Source: Nitrospirota bacterium (GTDB lineage: Bacteria; Nitrospirota; Thermodesulfovibrionia; Thermodesulfovibrionales; SM23-35). Taken from it: a DNA stretch of 64,000 nucleotides. The translations under genes and the position numbers were made by a program. The stretch spans positions 13,390-77,389 of the forward strand of contig JACAFE010000018.1 in NCBI GenBank assembly GCA_013388435.1, in the 5' to 3' direction. Below are positions 18,980 to 30,470 of this stretch, piece after piece (within the stretch, counting starts at the first letter, position 1; the number at the start of each line of letters is the position of its first letter). Under the pieces are notes generated by a model, which was not told the DNA's origin, ran no database searches, and was given only the letters and a program-made list of their open reading frames with translations.

Positions 18980-20302
18980 TTAATGAAGCATTTCCCTAAG
19001 TGCTTTAAGCCGTTTTGGATGCCTCAGCTTCTTAATCGCTTTTTCTTCAATCTGTCTCACCCGTTCCCTCGTAATAGATAGATGCTTGCCTATTTCTTCG
19101 AGTGTGTAATCCTTGTCACAACCTATTCCAAACCTCATCTTAATGACAATTTCTTCTTTAGGTGTAAGAGTATGAAGTATTTTTAGCAGATATTCACTCA
19201 TTTTCTTCTGTTCTGTGCTTTCATAAGGCGATAAGTTATTTGTGTCACAGATATATTCTTCAAGAGAGGTTTTATCATCCCCGATTGGTTCATTAATTGA
19301 AATAGTATCCTGCAATGCATTATATATATTTTCGACTTTTTCAAGAGATACACCTGTGTTATCGGCAATCTCAGCAGTATCAGGTTTTCTTCCAAGCGAG
19401 TTAATTATTTCTTTCTCGGATTGATTTAATTTGTTATACGTCTCGATCACATGAACAGGCAATCTCACAGTTCTGGTTTGTTCAATTAAAGCTCTTAATA
19501 TTGCCTGCCTGATCCACCAGACAGCATAAGTGCTAAATTTAAAGCCTTTTCTATAATCAAACCTTTCAACAGCCTTCATAAGCCCCATATTTCCTTCCTG
19601 TATTAAATCAAGCAAAGGAAGCCCTCTTCCTACATATTGTTTTGCTATATTAACAACAAGCCTGAGATTGCGTATTACAAATTCATTTTTTGCATTATCA
19701 ATAAATTTCTGGATTTCTATTATTTTCTCATACTTCTCTTTAAACTTTTCTAAATTAATACCAGTTTCAGCAATAATATCCTTAGTTTTATTTTGCTTAA
19801 GAAGAGATTTCAAAACTTCAATACACTTATTTAAAATTTCCGGCTCATTGTTATTTTCATTACCATTACAGTTATGCACACCATTCTTCCTATTTTCATT
19901 CTTCATTCTTTTATATACCGGGAATCCTGAAATGCTTTTCTTTAAAATCCTGTTGCCTTCTTTGATTTTTTTTGCAATCTCGATAGTCTCGTCTTTTGTA
20001 AGAATATTAATATTCCCCATTGACTGTAGATAAGTCCGTACAATGTTATTACTTTCAATATCCTCCAATAACCCGTCTCCGGTATATTCTTTATTTTTCA
20101 AATCTGGTTCAATTTTATCTTCTAACTTAATTCCAGCATCTTGTACAAGATATATAAATGATTCATAATCTTTATGTGCTGTGAATTCAGGTGGTATGAC
20201 TTCATCTATCTCATCATAGGTTAATCTTCCTTTATCTAACCCGAGTTGTAAAATATCCTCATATAAATCATTTTCTTCCATAATCATCACCTGCTGCTTC
20301 AA
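18980..20302 (-). CDS. rpoD: Primary-type RNA polymerase sigma-70 factor
   Basis: 440 aa. Region 2 reads LIQEGNMGLMKAVERFDYRKGFKFSTYAVWWIRQAI and region 4.2 reads TLEEIGKHLSITRERVRQIEEKAIKKLR. It also has an N-terminal acidic region. Confidence 0.9.
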   Translation of the reverse strand: MKQQVMIMEENDLYEDILQLGLDKGRLTYDEIDEVIPPEFTAHKDYESFIYLVQDAGIKLEDKIEPDLKNKEYTGDGLLEDIESNNIVRTYLQSMGNINILTKDETIEIAKKIKEGNRILKKSISGFPVYKRMKNENRKNGVHNCNGNENNNEPEILNKCIEVLKSLLKQNKTKDIIAETGINLEKFKEKYEKIIEIQKFIDNAKNEFVIRNLRLVVNIAKQYVGRGLPLLDLIQEGNMGLMKAVERFDYRKGFKFSTYAVWWIRQAILRALIEQTRTVRLPVHVIETYNKLNQSEKEIINSLGRKPDTAEIADNTGVSLEKVENIYNALQDTISINEPIGDDKTSLEEYICDTNNLSPYESTEQKKMSEYLLKILHTLTPKEEIVIKMRFGIGCDKDYTLEEIGKHLSITRERVRQIEEKAIKKLRHPKRLKALREMLH

Positions 20303-20532
20303 ATTAACTTATACTTCAACCTGAAAATATATGAGCAAATTAAATGCCAATTTTTTACAATCTAATTTTCTATTATTATTCTTACAGTTAGCTAAAATTG
20401 CAGGTCTAATAGAACATTAAAATAATGCAAAATTCTCAATTTGTGAAATAAGAATGAGAATCTGAGAATCTTAAGAATAGGTTTTCATTTTAGACATCAG
20501 AGGATATTTTTTGTTATTGTATATACATTATT

Positions 20533-21612
20533 ATGCTTATGTATTCAATCCGGGCAAGACTCGATGCTGTTAAAAAAGCGATCAAAAAATTAGGGGTAGA
20601 TTCATTACTCGTATTTGATATTATTAATGTAAGGTATCTTACAGGTTTTACAGGCTCATCTGGTTTTCTATATATAACACATGACCATAATGTTTTTATA
20701 ACTGATTTCAGATACAAAGAACAGGCACAAAAAGAAATTAAGGGCTGGGACATAATTATTGAATCAGGAAATCGCATAAAAATTATAGACAGACTAATTA
20801 AAAAAACCTCTTCAAAAATAACAGGCTTTGAATCGAGCATATCATATAATTTATATCGAAAACTGACAAAATCAGACACCATCCTGAGAGATGTTGATTG
20901 CGTCATTGAACATATACGTCTGATAAAGCAGGAAGAAGAAATTGCAAAAATCAAAAAGGCTGTGGAGCGGGCTGAAAATGCTTTTCTTGAAACAAAACCT
21001 TTTATAAGAGAAAGGCAGACTGAATTACAACTGGCAAATCTTCTCGAAGAAAGGTTAAAAAAACAGGGATGCCGTTGTCTTCCATTTGATATTATTGTTG
21101 CATCTGGTCCTAATTCAGCAATGCCACACGCAAAACCCACAAATAGAAGATTTCAGAAGGGTGACATGATAATTATTGACTGGGGCGGAGAAGCTGATGG
21201 TTACTTTTCAGATATGACCCGCACTTTTATCTTAAAGGGTGGTAAGGACTATAGAAAGAAAACTGCTATTTATAATATTGTTTTTCGCGCTAATCAAAAA
21301 TCTGTTTCATCTGTTAAACCAGGAATCAACTCCAGAAAAATTGATACAATTGCAAGAGAATATATAAAGGAAAAAGGTTTTGGTAATTATTTCGGACACG
21401 GGACAGGACATGGTGTCGGACTTCAGGTACATGAAGCTCCAAGAATCACATGGAATCAAAGCACGATTCTCAAAAATAATATGGTATTTACAATAGAACC
21501 AGGGATATATATACCTGAACTTGGAGGTGTAAGAATTGAGGATATGGTTGTTGTAAAAGAAGAAGGTTGTGAGGTTCTTACGCAATTGCCGAAAAAACTT
21601 GAAATCATTTAA
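20533..21612 (+). CDS. M24 family Xaa-Pro aminopeptidase/dipeptidase
   Basis: 359 aa. Metal-ligand motifs are DWGGEADGYFSDMTRT, HGTGHGVGLQVHE, FTIEPGIY and RIEDMVVV. Confidence 0.85.
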   Translation: MLMYSIRARLDAVKKAIKKLGVDSLLVFDIINVRYLTGFTGSSGFLYITHDHNVFITDFRYKEQAQKEIKGWDIIIESGNRIKIIDRLIKKTSSKITGFESSISYNLYRKLTKSDTILRDVDCVIEHIRLIKQEEEIAKIKKAVERAENAFLETKPFIRERQTELQLANLLEERLKKQGCRCLPFDIIVASGPNSAMPHAKPTNRRFQKGDMIIIDWGGEADGYFSDMTRTFILKGGKDYRKKTAIYNIVFRANQKSVSSVKPGINSRKIDTIAREYIKEKGFGNYFGHGTGHGVGLQVHEAPRITWNQSTILKNNMVFTIEPGIYIPELGGVRIEDMVVVKEEGCEVLTQLPKKLEII

Positions 21613-21641
21613 CCCGGATAATTCAGAAGTCGCTCAAAAAT

Positions 21642-23162
21642 TTATTTTCCTCTCAATATTTCATGCAGCATATTTGCTACAGTCCGAAAATCTATTTTAC
21701 CGCTTCCCATTTTCGGGAGTTCTTCAATAACTACAAATTGTTTCGGAAGCGCTATATTTGGAAGATGGGCTGACATTTGTTTGAGGATTTTTCTTTCATC
21801 AATCTTTTTTGTCACTGCTGCAACAATCCTTACTCCTTTCAAAGCATCAGGCACCTCAACCACAGAACATGTAACATCTTCGGGCAATAGTTTTTGTAAT
21901 ACATCTTCTACCTTAACGAGCGAAACCATTTCTCCGCCTATCTTGACAAATCTTTTTAATCTGCCGGAATGCCATAGAAAACCATCCTTATCAATATAAC
22001 CCATATCACCAGTATCATACCATCCATGTCTGATACGCATTGATGTTTCTTCGAAATCATCCAGATAACCTTTCATTACCAGATCACCTTTAACGAGTAT
22101 TCGCCCAATCTCTCCTGGCTTACATTCATTTCCTGTTTCGTAATTTTCGATTCGAACTTTAACATTGGGCAGTATTCTCCCAACGCTCCCTGGCTTATTA
22201 TGCTCAGGTGTATTCACTGAAATAACAGGGGATGTCTCGGTAGTGCCATAGCCTTCATAAAGTATAATGCCATGTTTTTCCTTGAACTCTTTTCTAAGCA
22301 CATCAGGACATTTATCAGCTCCGCTGACAATAAGACGAATACTGCTAAAATCACCTGATTCTGACTTTCGCAGATACCCCCCTAAGAAGCTCGGAGTTCC
22401 AACCATTACAGTTGGTTTCTCTTCTCTAAGGATAGTGCAAATCATTTTATAATCCAGAGGATTTGCATAAGAGACAATTGTCATCCCAAAATAAAGAGGT
22501 GTCCAGAGATTTACAGTCAGACCGAACACATGAAAATACGGGAGATTTGCCAGCATTATGTCATTTTCAAACATTTTCATAACCTGACTGAAATCTCTTA
22601 TATTTGATGATATATTCTTGTGCGTTAGTTGAACTGCTTTCGGATCTTTCTCGCTTCCACTTGTAAAAAGTATCACAATATTGTCATCTTCATTCCCGCT
22701 ATAGACAAGTCTTTGAATTACAGGAACAGGCAGTTTGGAAATAAAGGCAGCTTTTAGCTTATCTCCTGCTGTAACATTTTCCATAATATCTTCGATAAAG
22801 ATCATCCCATCTATTACAGGACAGTTAATTTTTTCAAGCAATGCTTTTGAAGTAATAATTGTTTTGAAACTGCATTTATTTTGTGCATATAGTGCGTTTG
22901 ATGCAGCCCCTGTTGAATAATTAATCATTACAGGTATCTTCCCGCTCATTAAAGTTCCGAGAATTGAAAGAGCACAGCCAGCAGAGGTAGGAATCATAAT
23001 TCCGATAAAGCCTTCATGATATTTTTTAATCTTGTCGGAAAGAATTAAAGAAGCGATTAACGCCTTTGAATAACTTATTCGTTTATTAGAGGTGCGATCA
23101 ATAAAAGCAGGTTTATCGCCGCACCTCTTTGCCACTTTTATAAAATGCTGGTGAAGAAGCAT
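21642..23162 (-). CDS. AMP-dependent acyl-CoA (or acyl-ACP) synthetase, fatty-acid type
   Basis: 506 aa. AMP-binding signatures are LFTSGSEKDPKAV and YGTTETS. It overlaps the stop of the upstream FadL-like gene. Confidence 0.85.
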   Translation of the reverse strand: MLLHQHFIKVAKRCGDKPAFIDRTSNKRISYSKALIASLILSDKIKKYHEGFIGIMIPTSAGCALSILGTLMSGKIPVMINYSTGAASNALYAQNKCSFKTIITSKALLEKINCPVIDGMIFIEDIMENVTAGDKLKAAFISKLPVPVIQRLVYSGNEDDNIVILFTSGSEKDPKAVQLTHKNISSNIRDFSQVMKMFENDIMLANLPYFHVFGLTVNLWTPLYFGMTIVSYANPLDYKMICTILREEKPTVMVGTPSFLGGYLRKSESGDFSSIRLIVSGADKCPDVLRKEFKEKHGIILYEGYGTTETSPVISVNTPEHNKPGSVGRILPNVKVRIENYETGNECKPGEIGRILVKGDLVMKGYLDDFEETSMRIRHGWYDTGDMGYIDKDGFLWHSGRLKRFVKIGGEMVSLVKVEDVLQKLLPEDVTCSVVEVPDALKGVRIVAAVTKKIDERKILKQMSAHLPNIALPKQFVVIEELPKMGSGKIDFRTVANMLHEILRGK

Positions 23163-24493
23163 TAAAACCTTAATGTTAATTGAGCGCTTAGTATGTCAAT
23201 TGCAGCGTCAAATGTGCCTTTCAAAGCACCTTTTAGCTGATCTTCGCCTGTTGCTGTTTTATTTATTTCAGGGTCATTCACAAAAAGATGCGCATAACCA
23301 AAATCAACTGTGAACATATCTGAAAATTTATAACCGAATCCTAAAGCAGCCCATATTCTGTCCCCATCAGGTATTCTCGGAGTACGGTATTTAGAACTCG
23401 CAACTGCTGATGTATCATATGCTGTTCCAGCTCTGAATATCCAATTTTTATCAGGAGTATATGTTACACCCAATGAATAGCGGTAATTATCCTGCCATTT
23501 TTCAGTCGTAACAGCATCTTTTTGTCCAGGATTATCAAATTCAACCACAAGCTTTTCAAATACGCTCCAGTTTGTCCATGTAAAATCAGCCATAACCGCC
23601 CATTTTGGATTATATTGATGATAAAGGCTTATAGACAGGCTATCAGGCAGAGTTATATCTGCTTCGACATCTCCGTCTTTAAACGAGGATTTTAAAGGGG
23701 CAGGCACTCCTGAAAAATCAGCGTCACCCTTAAGTTTTTGCTCAACCCTTGAACGGTATGCAATGCCTGCTCTTGTATTTTTATTGAACTCATAAAGAAT
23801 ACCTGCATTAAAACCAAAAGCCCAGCTATCGCCTTCAAGCTCAACAAAACCATCATTATTTTGAGGCAGAAGGCCGGGGATTTTTAGCATATAACCTATT
23901 GTTCCGAAATCAATCGCATTAGAAAGAAGGGCTTTCAAATACATCGCATTAACACCGGCGCCTATGCTGATATTATCATTAAATTTGTATGCAACTGATG
24001 GATTGATGTTTACAGTAATAACATCCGATTCAACAGCATGATAACGTCCAACCCATTTTTTATCATATTCTGTTGCAAGTCCGAAAGGAGCGTTTATTCC
24101 AATTCCAACCGCAAATTTATCTGTAACTTTTCTGCTGTAATAAAGATTCGGGACTAACTTAGTTACCCCGCCATCTCCTCCATTACCGCCGCTTAGAGGA
24201 GCACCTGTTACATGTTTTGAACTTTCATTATTAAATTCCACAGAAGGAATAATTATATGGGTGCCGGCTATAATCTGATTTCCGCTCAGTCTCGTCATTC
24301 CAGCAGTATTGTAAAAAATAGTTGAAGCATCTTCAGCAATTGCTGAACCCCCTGAATATGCATTTCCAAGACCGCTCATGCTTTGTTCAATGAGCGAAAA
24401 ACCAGCACCAAATGCAGAACCTGTAGAAAAAAATGTAATAGTTACTACTGCAAGAAAAATACTGCTAAATGCTACAACATACCCCTTTTTCAT
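23162..24493 (-). CDS. fadL: FadL/OmpP1/TodX family outer membrane long-chain fatty acid / hydrophobic compound channel
   Basis: 443 aa with a signal peptide. The N-terminal hatch sequence is GAGFSLIEQSMSGLGNAYSGGSA, and the C-terminus ends in F. Confidence 0.85.
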   Translation of the reverse strand: MKKGYVVAFSSIFLAVVTITFFSTGSAFGAGFSLIEQSMSGLGNAYSGGSAIAEDASTIFYNTAGMTRLSGNQIIAGTHIIIPSVEFNNESSKHVTGAPLSGGNGGDGGVTKLVPNLYYSRKVTDKFAVGIGINAPFGLATEYDKKWVGRYHAVESDVITVNINPSVAYKFNDNISIGAGVNAMYLKALLSNAIDFGTIGYMLKIPGLLPQNNDGFVELEGDSWAFGFNAGILYEFNKNTRAGIAYRSRVEQKLKGDADFSGVPAPLKSSFKDGDVEADITLPDSLSISLYHQYNPKWAVMADFTWTNWSVFEKLVVEFDNPGQKDAVTTEKWQDNYRYSLGVTYTPDKNWIFRAGTAYDTSAVASSKYRTPRIPDGDRIWAALGFGYKFSDMFTVDFGYAHLFVNDPEINKTATGEDQLKGALKGTFDAAIDILSAQLTLRF

Positions 24494-24696
24494 TCAATTC
24501 CCTCCTTATAATGAAAATTATTTGCTACGTAGAGTTACATATCTGAAAAATTAATGTCAAGTATTTTTTTATTTTTTTCTATGAATGTTAGCATATGCAC
24601 AAATAATTTTTTCAATCAATATTTAAAATCATTATGTTTAAATAGTGGAAATTTTTTCGGAAAATGCTAAAATAATACTCATCTTATCAGGAGGTA

Positions 24697-25266
24697 TTGG
24701 ATTTGATCTCAACAAGTGATTTTAAAAAAGGTTTAAAAGTTGAATTTAAAGGTGAACCCTGCGAAATAGTTGACTTTCAGCATGTCAAGATGGGCAGGGG
24801 TGGCGCTATAGTAAGAACAAAACTCAGAAATTTGAAAACAGGCGCTATTCTTGAAGAAACCTTCAGATCAGGTGAAAAACTTGAAAGACCAGGGCTTGAA
24901 GAAAAATCCATGCAATATCTTTACAATCAGGCAGACCAGTATTTCTTTATGGATACCGAAACATATGAACAGATTCCATTGACAGAAGAACAACTCGGAG
25001 ATGCAAAGAACTTCCTTAAAGAAAATATGACTGTCAAAATACTATATCACAAAGAAATGCCCATAAGCGTTGACATTCCAACCTTTGTTGAACTTACTGT
25101 CGTTAAGACAGATCCAGCTGGGTTTAAAGGTGACACAGCCTCAGGTGGAGGCAAGCCAGCAACACTTGAAACAGGCGCTGTCGTAAAGGTTCCATTTCAC
25201 ATAAATGAAGGAGATGTAATTAAAATAGACACTCGTACTTCAGAATATATAGAAAGGGTGAAATAA
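24697..25266 (+). CDS. efp: Elongation factor P
   Basis: The EF-P sequence is unmistakable ([14 protein letters not shown]...[24 protein letters not shown]). The track start is TTG 24697. TTG 24703 (MISTSDF..., 7 nt after AGGAGGT at 24689-95) is the more likely initiation codon. An extended -10, TGcTAAAAT, lies at 24665-24673. Confidence 0.95.
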   Translation: MDLISTSDFKKGLKVEFKGEPCEIVDFQHVKMGRGGAIVRTKLRNLKTGAILEETFRSGEKLERPGLEEKSMQYLYNQADQYFFMDTETYEQIPLTEEQLGDAKNFLKENMTVKILYHKEMPISVDIPTFVELTVVKTDPAGFKGDTASGGGKPATLETGAVVKVPFHINEGDVIKIDTRTSEYIERVK

Positions 25267-25703
25267 TGGAACTTGAGGAATTAAAAGCTTTAATCGAACT
25301 TCTCAAGGACACAGATATTACAGAACTTCAGGTTGAAAAAGAAGGCACTAAACTAAAAATTAAAAGAGAGAAAATACTAACATCTATAGAAATGCCTTTA
25401 CAAAAACCTTCTGCTATTTATAATAAACCTGTTGAAGTTCCTTCAGAAGAAGATACTCAGAGGCTTATCACCATAACATCTCCAATTGTCGGCACTTTCT
25501 ATAGAGCACCTTCACCTGATGCAAATCCATTTGTAGAAATTGGCTCAAAAGTTGAAAAAGGACAGGTTTTATGCATAATTGAAGCCATGAAGCTTATGAA
25601 TGAAATTGAGAGCGAGACAGATGGTATAATCGTAAAAATTCTTGTGGAAAACGGACAGCCTGTCGAATATGGTGAACCTTTATTCTTGATAGAACCTCTA
25701 TAA
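25266..25703 (+). CDS. accB: Acetyl-CoA carboxylase biotin carboxyl carrier protein
   Basis: 145 aa. The biotinyl-lysine motif is [10 protein letters not shown]. Confidence 0.92.
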   Translation: MELEELKALIELLKDTDITELQVEKEGTKLKIKREKILTSIEMPLQKPSAIYNKPVEVPSEEDTQRLITITSPIVGTFYRAPSPDANPFVEIGSKVEKGQVLCIIEAMKLMNEIESETDGIIVKILVENGQPVEYGEPLFLIEPL

Positions 25704-25753
25704 TGTTTAAAAGGCTTTGATCTCTTTTATAATAATCCATTTATCTTAAGGGT

Positions 25754-27115
25754 ATGAAAATTTTTAAAAAAGTTTTGATTGCCAACAGAGGCGAAATAGC
25801 GGTACGCATAATAAGAGCCTGTCGTGAGATGGGCATAAAAACTGTTGCTGTTTACTCAGATATTGACAAAGAATCATTACATGTTCGTCTTGCAGATGAA
25901 TCTGTCTGCATTGGTCCTGCTCAGGCAAGCCAGAGTTATCTTAATATTCCTGCCATCCTTAGCGCAGCTGAAATTACAGATTCTGACGCAATACATCCTG
26001 GATATGGATTCCTCGCAGAAAATTATCATTTTGCAGAAGCCTGCCAGACATCTGGAATTACTTTTATTGGACCTTCTCCTGAAAATATACGTCTCGGAGG
26101 AGATAAAGCCAGGGCAAGACAGACTATGAAGCGTAAAGGAGTACCTGTTGTCTCTGGCAGCGACGGTACTGTGCAGGATGAAGAAACCGCATTGAAAATC
26201 GCAAAAAAGATTGGATTTCCGATTGTATTGAAAGCATCTGCAGGCGGCGGCGGACATGGCATGAAAATCATAAGAGAAGAAAAAGACATTGAACAGGCTT
26301 TTTTCATGGCTCAAAGAGAGGCTCTCACAGCATTTGGGAATAGTGAATTATATATAGAAGAATACATACCTGAATTGCGGCATATTGAAGTTCAGATTAT
26401 GGCTGACAACAAGGGGAATATTGTACATCTCCACGAAAGAGATTGCACAATACAGAGAAGGCATCAGAAACTCATTGAAGAAGCTCCTTCACCTTTTGTA
26501 ACAACCGAAAAATTCAGAAAAAGGATAGGAGAACTTGGTGTAAAAGCTGCAAGGGCTTTAAAATACCGTAATATTGGCACAATTGAGTTTATTGTTGACA
26601 GTAAGGGGAATATTTATTTTATTGAAGTCAATACACGTGTGCAGGTAGAACATCCGGTTACAGAAGCTGTTACAGGCATTGATATTATTAAAGAGCAGAT
26701 AAAGCTTGCAGCAGGACTTCCTCTTGAATACAGGCAGAATCAAATTAAACCAATTGGTCATTCTATTGAATGCAGAATCAATGCTGAAGACCCTGAACGT
26801 TTTATCCCTTCACCCGGAAAAATTACATTTTTATCCTTGCCCGGAGGACCTGGAGTAAGGGTGGATACAGCAATTTATCAGGGATATGTTATCCCTTCTC
26901 AATATGATTCTTTAATCGCAAAAGTTATTGTTTATGGCAAGAACAGAAATGAAGCCATAGCAAGAATGAAAAGGGCGCTTGATGAATTTATCATAGAAGG
27001 TATTAAGACAACAATTCCTTTCCATAAAAAAGTAATGAGCCATCCTGATTTTATCAGCGGAAATTTCAATACCGGTTTTATCGAAAAGAATAACAATAAC
27101 ACTAAAGAAGGTTAA
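25754..27115 (+). CDS. accC: Acetyl-CoA carboxylase biotin carboxylase subunit
   Basis: 453 aa with an ATP-grasp fold. It contains [13 protein letters not shown] and [17 protein letters not shown]. Confidence 0.95.
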   Translation: MKIFKKVLIANRGEIAVRIIRACREMGIKTVAVYSDIDKESLHVRLADESVCIGPAQASQSYLNIPAILSAAEITDSDAIHPGYGFLAENYHFAEACQTSGITFIGPSPENIRLGGDKARARQTMKRKGVPVVSGSDGTVQDEETALKIAKKIGFPIVLKASAGGGGHGMKIIREEKDIEQAFFMAQREALTAFGNSELYIEEYIPELRHIEVQIMADNKGNIVHLHERDCTIQRRHQKLIEEAPSPFVTTEKFRKRIGELGVKAARALKYRNIGTIEFIVDSKGNIYFIEVNTRVQVEHPVTEAVTGIDIIKEQIKLAAGLPLEYRQNQIKPIGHSIECRINAEDPERFIPSPGKITFLSLPGGPGVRVDTAIYQGYVIPSQYDSLIAKVIVYGKNRNEAIARMKRALDEFIIEGIKTTIPFHKKVMSHPDFISGNFNTGFIEKNNNNTKEG

Positions 27116-27119
27116 TACA

Positions 27120-27734
27120 ATGTATCTGGCTGGCATCTGCTTTATTACAGATCAAAATATCTGCAGACTTCCTCTTAAAGAAATGACACGTATTGTTCTC
27201 GATTACGGCATCAGATGGATCCAATACAGGGATAAAAAAAATACGAGAAGATTGATTTATGAAAATGCTATTGAAATGAAAAAAATAACCTCTGAATATG
27301 ATGCAACTTTAATTATAAATGATCACACAGATATTGCACTTGCTTCTGAATCTGATGGAGTGCATCTCGGGCAGGATGATTTGCCGCTAAAAGAAGTTAG
27401 AAAAATCTCAGGACAGAATTTTATTATCGGCATATCTACACATTCACTTGAACAGGCTCTTGATGCCCAGAATATGGGAGCTGATTATATAGGCTTTGGA
27501 CCAATCTTTCATACAAACACAAAAGATGCAGGCAAGCCAAAAGGAATAAAAGCTTTAAAAGAAATAAAAAAAATGGTAAATATTCCTGTTATTGCTATTG
27601 GCGGGATTAATTCAGAAAATCTATCATCGGTTCTTAATACTGGAGTAGATGGTATTGCTGTCTCTTCAGGAATACTTAAAGGTGATATAAAAACTAATAT
27701 TAAATATTTTCTTGATTCAATAGGGAGGGTTTGA
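27120..27734 (+). CDS. thiE: Thiamine-phosphate synthase
   Basis: 204 aa with TMP-TENI family motifs (IQYRDKK..., LIINDHTDIALASESDGVHLGQDDLP, IGGI). Confidence 0.85.
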   Translation: MYLAGICFITDQNICRLPLKEMTRIVLDYGIRWIQYRDKKNTRRLIYENAIEMKKITSEYDATLIINDHTDIALASESDGVHLGQDDLPLKEVRKISGQNFIIGISTHSLEQALDAQNMGADYIGFGPIFHTNTKDAGKPKGIKALKEIKKMVNIPVIAIGGINSENLSSVLNTGVDGIAVSSGILKGDIKTNIKYFLDSIGRV

Positions 27735-27736
27735 TT

Positions 27737-28846
27737 ATGAAAAAACTGTTTCCTTTCATTCTTCTTTTATTAATATTATCCATCGGATGCCAATCAAAAC
27801 AACACGACACTATAAAAATCGGAATTGCGGGCCCGATGACAGGTGATCAGGCAAAAATGGGGATGGATTTTAAAAACGGAGCTACACTTGCGGTTGATGA
27901 ATGGAACCAAAAAGGCGGGATACTCGGGAAAAAGATTGAACTTATTGTAGGAGACGACCAGCATGATCCTAAACAGGCTGTTTCAATAGCGAATAAGATG
28001 ATAAATGATGGTGTGGTTGGAGTCATCGGACATTTTAATTCAAGTTGTTCTATACCTGCATCAGACGTTTACAATAGAAACATGATACCGATGATTACCC
28101 CTGGTTCAACAAATCCGCAACTCACAGATAAAGGATATAAAAATGTTTTCAGGGTTTGTGGTAGAGATGACCAGCAGGGCAAAGTCGGAGCTATTTTTGT
28201 CACTGAACAGCTTAAATTAAAGAATGTCGCAATTTTACACGATAAAACTACATATGGACAGGGACTGGCTGATGAATTTAAAAAACATATCGGCAACAAA
28301 GCACAGGTAGTATATTATGGTGGCATAGTTCAGGGTGATAAAGATTTTAAAATGGTTTTAACTGCCATAAAATCAAAAAAACCTGATATTGTTTTTTTCG
28401 GAGGGATATATCCCGAGGCAGGTCTTCTCGTGAAGCAATCAAGAGAATTAGGGCTTAATGTCCCGTTTATAAGCGGTGACGGAACAATTGACCCAAAATT
28501 CATAGAAATTGCAGGCGCATCTGCTGCAGAGGGCACTTATCTTACTTTCAGTCCAGACCCTAAAAACATTCCATCTGCAAAAGATTTCATAAAAAATTAC
28601 CAATCAAAATTTGGCGAGATAGGACCGTATTCAATTTATGCATATGATGCAACAAATATTTTATTGACTGCAATAAATTCTGCCAGCTCTACTGATGGTT
28701 CGGCAATTTCTGATAAACTACATTCAATGGAGTTTGATGTAGCTCTGGGGAAAATAAAATTTGACTCAAAAGGAGATGTAACTGTTTCTCCATATGTTGT
28801 CTGGATTACCAAAAATGGCAAGTTTGAGGAATTCTGGAAACCTTAA
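27737..28846 (+). CDS. Branched-chain amino acid (Leu/Ile/Val-type) ABC transporter substrate-binding lipoprotein
   Basis: The ORF starts at 27731. ATG 27737 lies 7 nt after GGGAGGG and gives MKKLFPFILLLLILSIGC (lipobox). The protein is LivJ/LivK-like (Peripla_BP_6). No cognate permease or ATPase genes are adjacent. Confidence 0.85.
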   Translation: MKKLFPFILLLLILSIGCQSKQHDTIKIGIAGPMTGDQAKMGMDFKNGATLAVDEWNQKGGILGKKIELIVGDDQHDPKQAVSIANKMINDGVVGVIGHFNSSCSIPASDVYNRNMIPMITPGSTNPQLTDKGYKNVFRVCGRDDQQGKVGAIFVTEQLKLKNVAILHDKTTYGQGLADEFKKHIGNKAQVVYYGGIVQGDKDFKMVLTAIKSKKPDIVFFGGIYPEAGLLVKQSRELGLNVPFISGDGTIDPKFIEIAGASAAEGTYLTFSPDPKNIPSAKDFIKNYQSKFGEIGPYSIYAYDATNILLTAINSASSTDGSAISDKLHSMEFDVALGKIKFDSKGDVTVSPYVVWITKNGKFEEFWKP

Positions 28847-28858
28847 TATGTTAGAGTT

Positions 28859-29374
28859 ATGGATATTTTAAAAGCTGTTAAAGAAAGAAGAAGCATAAGG
28901 GATTTTCAAAAAAAAGAAATCCCTGATTCTTTGCTTGACAAACTTGCAGAAGCATTAATCTGGGCTCCGAGTGCTGGCAATCTGCAGGCAAGAAAATTTT
29001 ACTTTGTTCTAAATAATGATACAAAGAAAAAAATAGCGATTGCCGCTTTAAACCAGAATTTTATCGCAGAAGCACCTCTGGTAATCGTCGGCTGCACAGA
29101 CAGCCGTATATCATATAAATACAGGGAAAGAGGTGTGTATCTTTACTCAATACAGGATGTTGCATTAAGTATAATGGGGATGATGCTCGTTGCTCATGAA
29201 AATAATCTTGGCTCCTGTTGGGTCGGCGCTTTTAATGAAAACGATATACATAAAATCTTAAAGATGCCCGATTATCTAAGACCTGTTGCAATTGTTCCTG
29301 TTGGTTATCCATCAAAAATTCCAAGCCCTCCTCCGAGGGTATCTAAAAAAGATGCAGTGGAGGTTATAAAATGA
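28859..29374 (+). CDS. Nitroreductase family protein
   Basis: 171 aa. It starts with a typical RRSIRDF motif and continues ...APSAGNLQ... Confidence 0.8.
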   Translation: MDILKAVKERRSIRDFQKKEIPDSLLDKLAEALIWAPSAGNLQARKFYFVLNNDTKKKIAIAALNQNFIAEAPLVIVGCTDSRISYKYRERGVYLYSIQDVALSIMGMMLVAHENNLGSCWVGAFNENDIHKILKMPDYLRPVAIVPVGYPSKIPSPPPRVSKKDAVEVIK

Positions 29375-30453
29375 AAATAGCAGTTAACACTGGCGGGGGA
29401 GACGCACCCGGACTCAATGCTGTAATAAGAGGTATTGTTCTTGCCGCGCATCAGAAAGGGTGGGAAATTTATGGCATTAAATACGGATATAGGGGATTGA
29501 TTGATACAAAACAAATTGTTCGCCTTACACCCGAATCAGTATGGGACATTACTGATATAGGAGGAACCATTCTTGGAACAGCGATTAAAGGTGATCCTTT
29601 TAAATACGCTGTAAATCAACCAGATGGAACTATTGTTGAAACCGACATTTCTGATCTAATTGTCTCAAATTTCAAGGCGCTGGGGTTTGATGCTCTAATC
29701 GCAATCGGAGGTGATGGCAGTCTTCGAATTGCTAATAAGTTTCTTAAAAAAGGAATGCCAATTATCGGGGTTCCTAAAACAATTGATAATGATATTAGTT
29801 GTACTGATGCGACATTTGGCTTTGATACCGCAGTAAATATTGCTACTGAAGCTATTGACCGCCTTCATACAACCGCAAGGTCGCATGATAGGGTTATGGT
29901 TGTCGAAGTAATGGGGCGTTATGTTGGATGGATTGCATTACATTCAGGCATCTCAGGTTCTGCGGATGTTATTCTTATTCCTGAAATACCCTTTGATATA
30001 GATAAAGTATGCAATAAAATCAGGCAGCTCGCTTTAATGGGTAGAGACTATGCAATTGTTGTTGTAGCTGAAGGTGCGAAACCTGTTGGCGGAGAAATTA
30101 CGATTGCAGAAGTCAGACAACCTGGAGGTTCTGAAGTCAGATTAGGCGGAATTGGAAGAAAAGTAAGAGAAGAAATCACTAAAAGAACTGGCAAAGAAAC
30201 AAGGGATATAGTTCTTGGACACTTGCAAAGAGGTGGAGCTCCGACAACTTTTGATAGATTGCTATCTTTAAGATTCGGCACAGCTGCTGTTCGTCTTGTT
30301 GAAGCAGGTAAATTCGGCATGATGGCTGCGGTACGTTCAACAGAGATAATCGCTGTGCCTATTGAACAGGCAATTGGTCAGATGAAATCCGTGCCCCTGG
30401 ATTCAGATATTATACTTACAGCAAGATCAATGGGTATAAGTTTCGGAGATTAA
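29371..30453 (+). CDS. pfkA: 6-phosphofructokinase (PfkA family; ATP vs PPi specificity not decidable here)
   Basis: 360 aa. Motifs are GGDAPGLNAVIR, IGGDGS, PKTIDNDI and MGR. Confidence 0.9.
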   Translation: MKIAVNTGGGDAPGLNAVIRGIVLAAHQKGWEIYGIKYGYRGLIDTKQIVRLTPESVWDITDIGGTILGTAIKGDPFKYAVNQPDGTIVETDISDLIVSNFKALGFDALIAIGGDGSLRIANKFLKKGMPIIGVPKTIDNDISCTDATFGFDTAVNIATEAIDRLHTTARSHDRVMVVEVMGRYVGWIALHSGISGSADVILIPEIPFDIDKVCNKIRQLALMGRDYAIVVVAEGAKPVGGEITIAEVRQPGGSEVRLGGIGRKVREEITKRTGKETRDIVLGHLQRGGAPTTFDRLLSLRFGTAAVRLVEAGKFGMMAAVRSTEIIAVPIEQAIGQMKSVPLDSDIILTARSMGISFGD

Positions 30454-30470
30454 TAAAGGAGAAACACGAA

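Noticed and set aside
20514-21140. 208-aa minus-strand ORF
   Set aside because: It is antisense to the M24 peptidase gene, whose metal-ligand motifs are clear. It is a shadow ORF.
25845-26314. Overlapping ORFs inside accC on both strands (94, 145 and 93 aa)
   Set aside because: accC is unambiguous, so these are frame and strand shadows.
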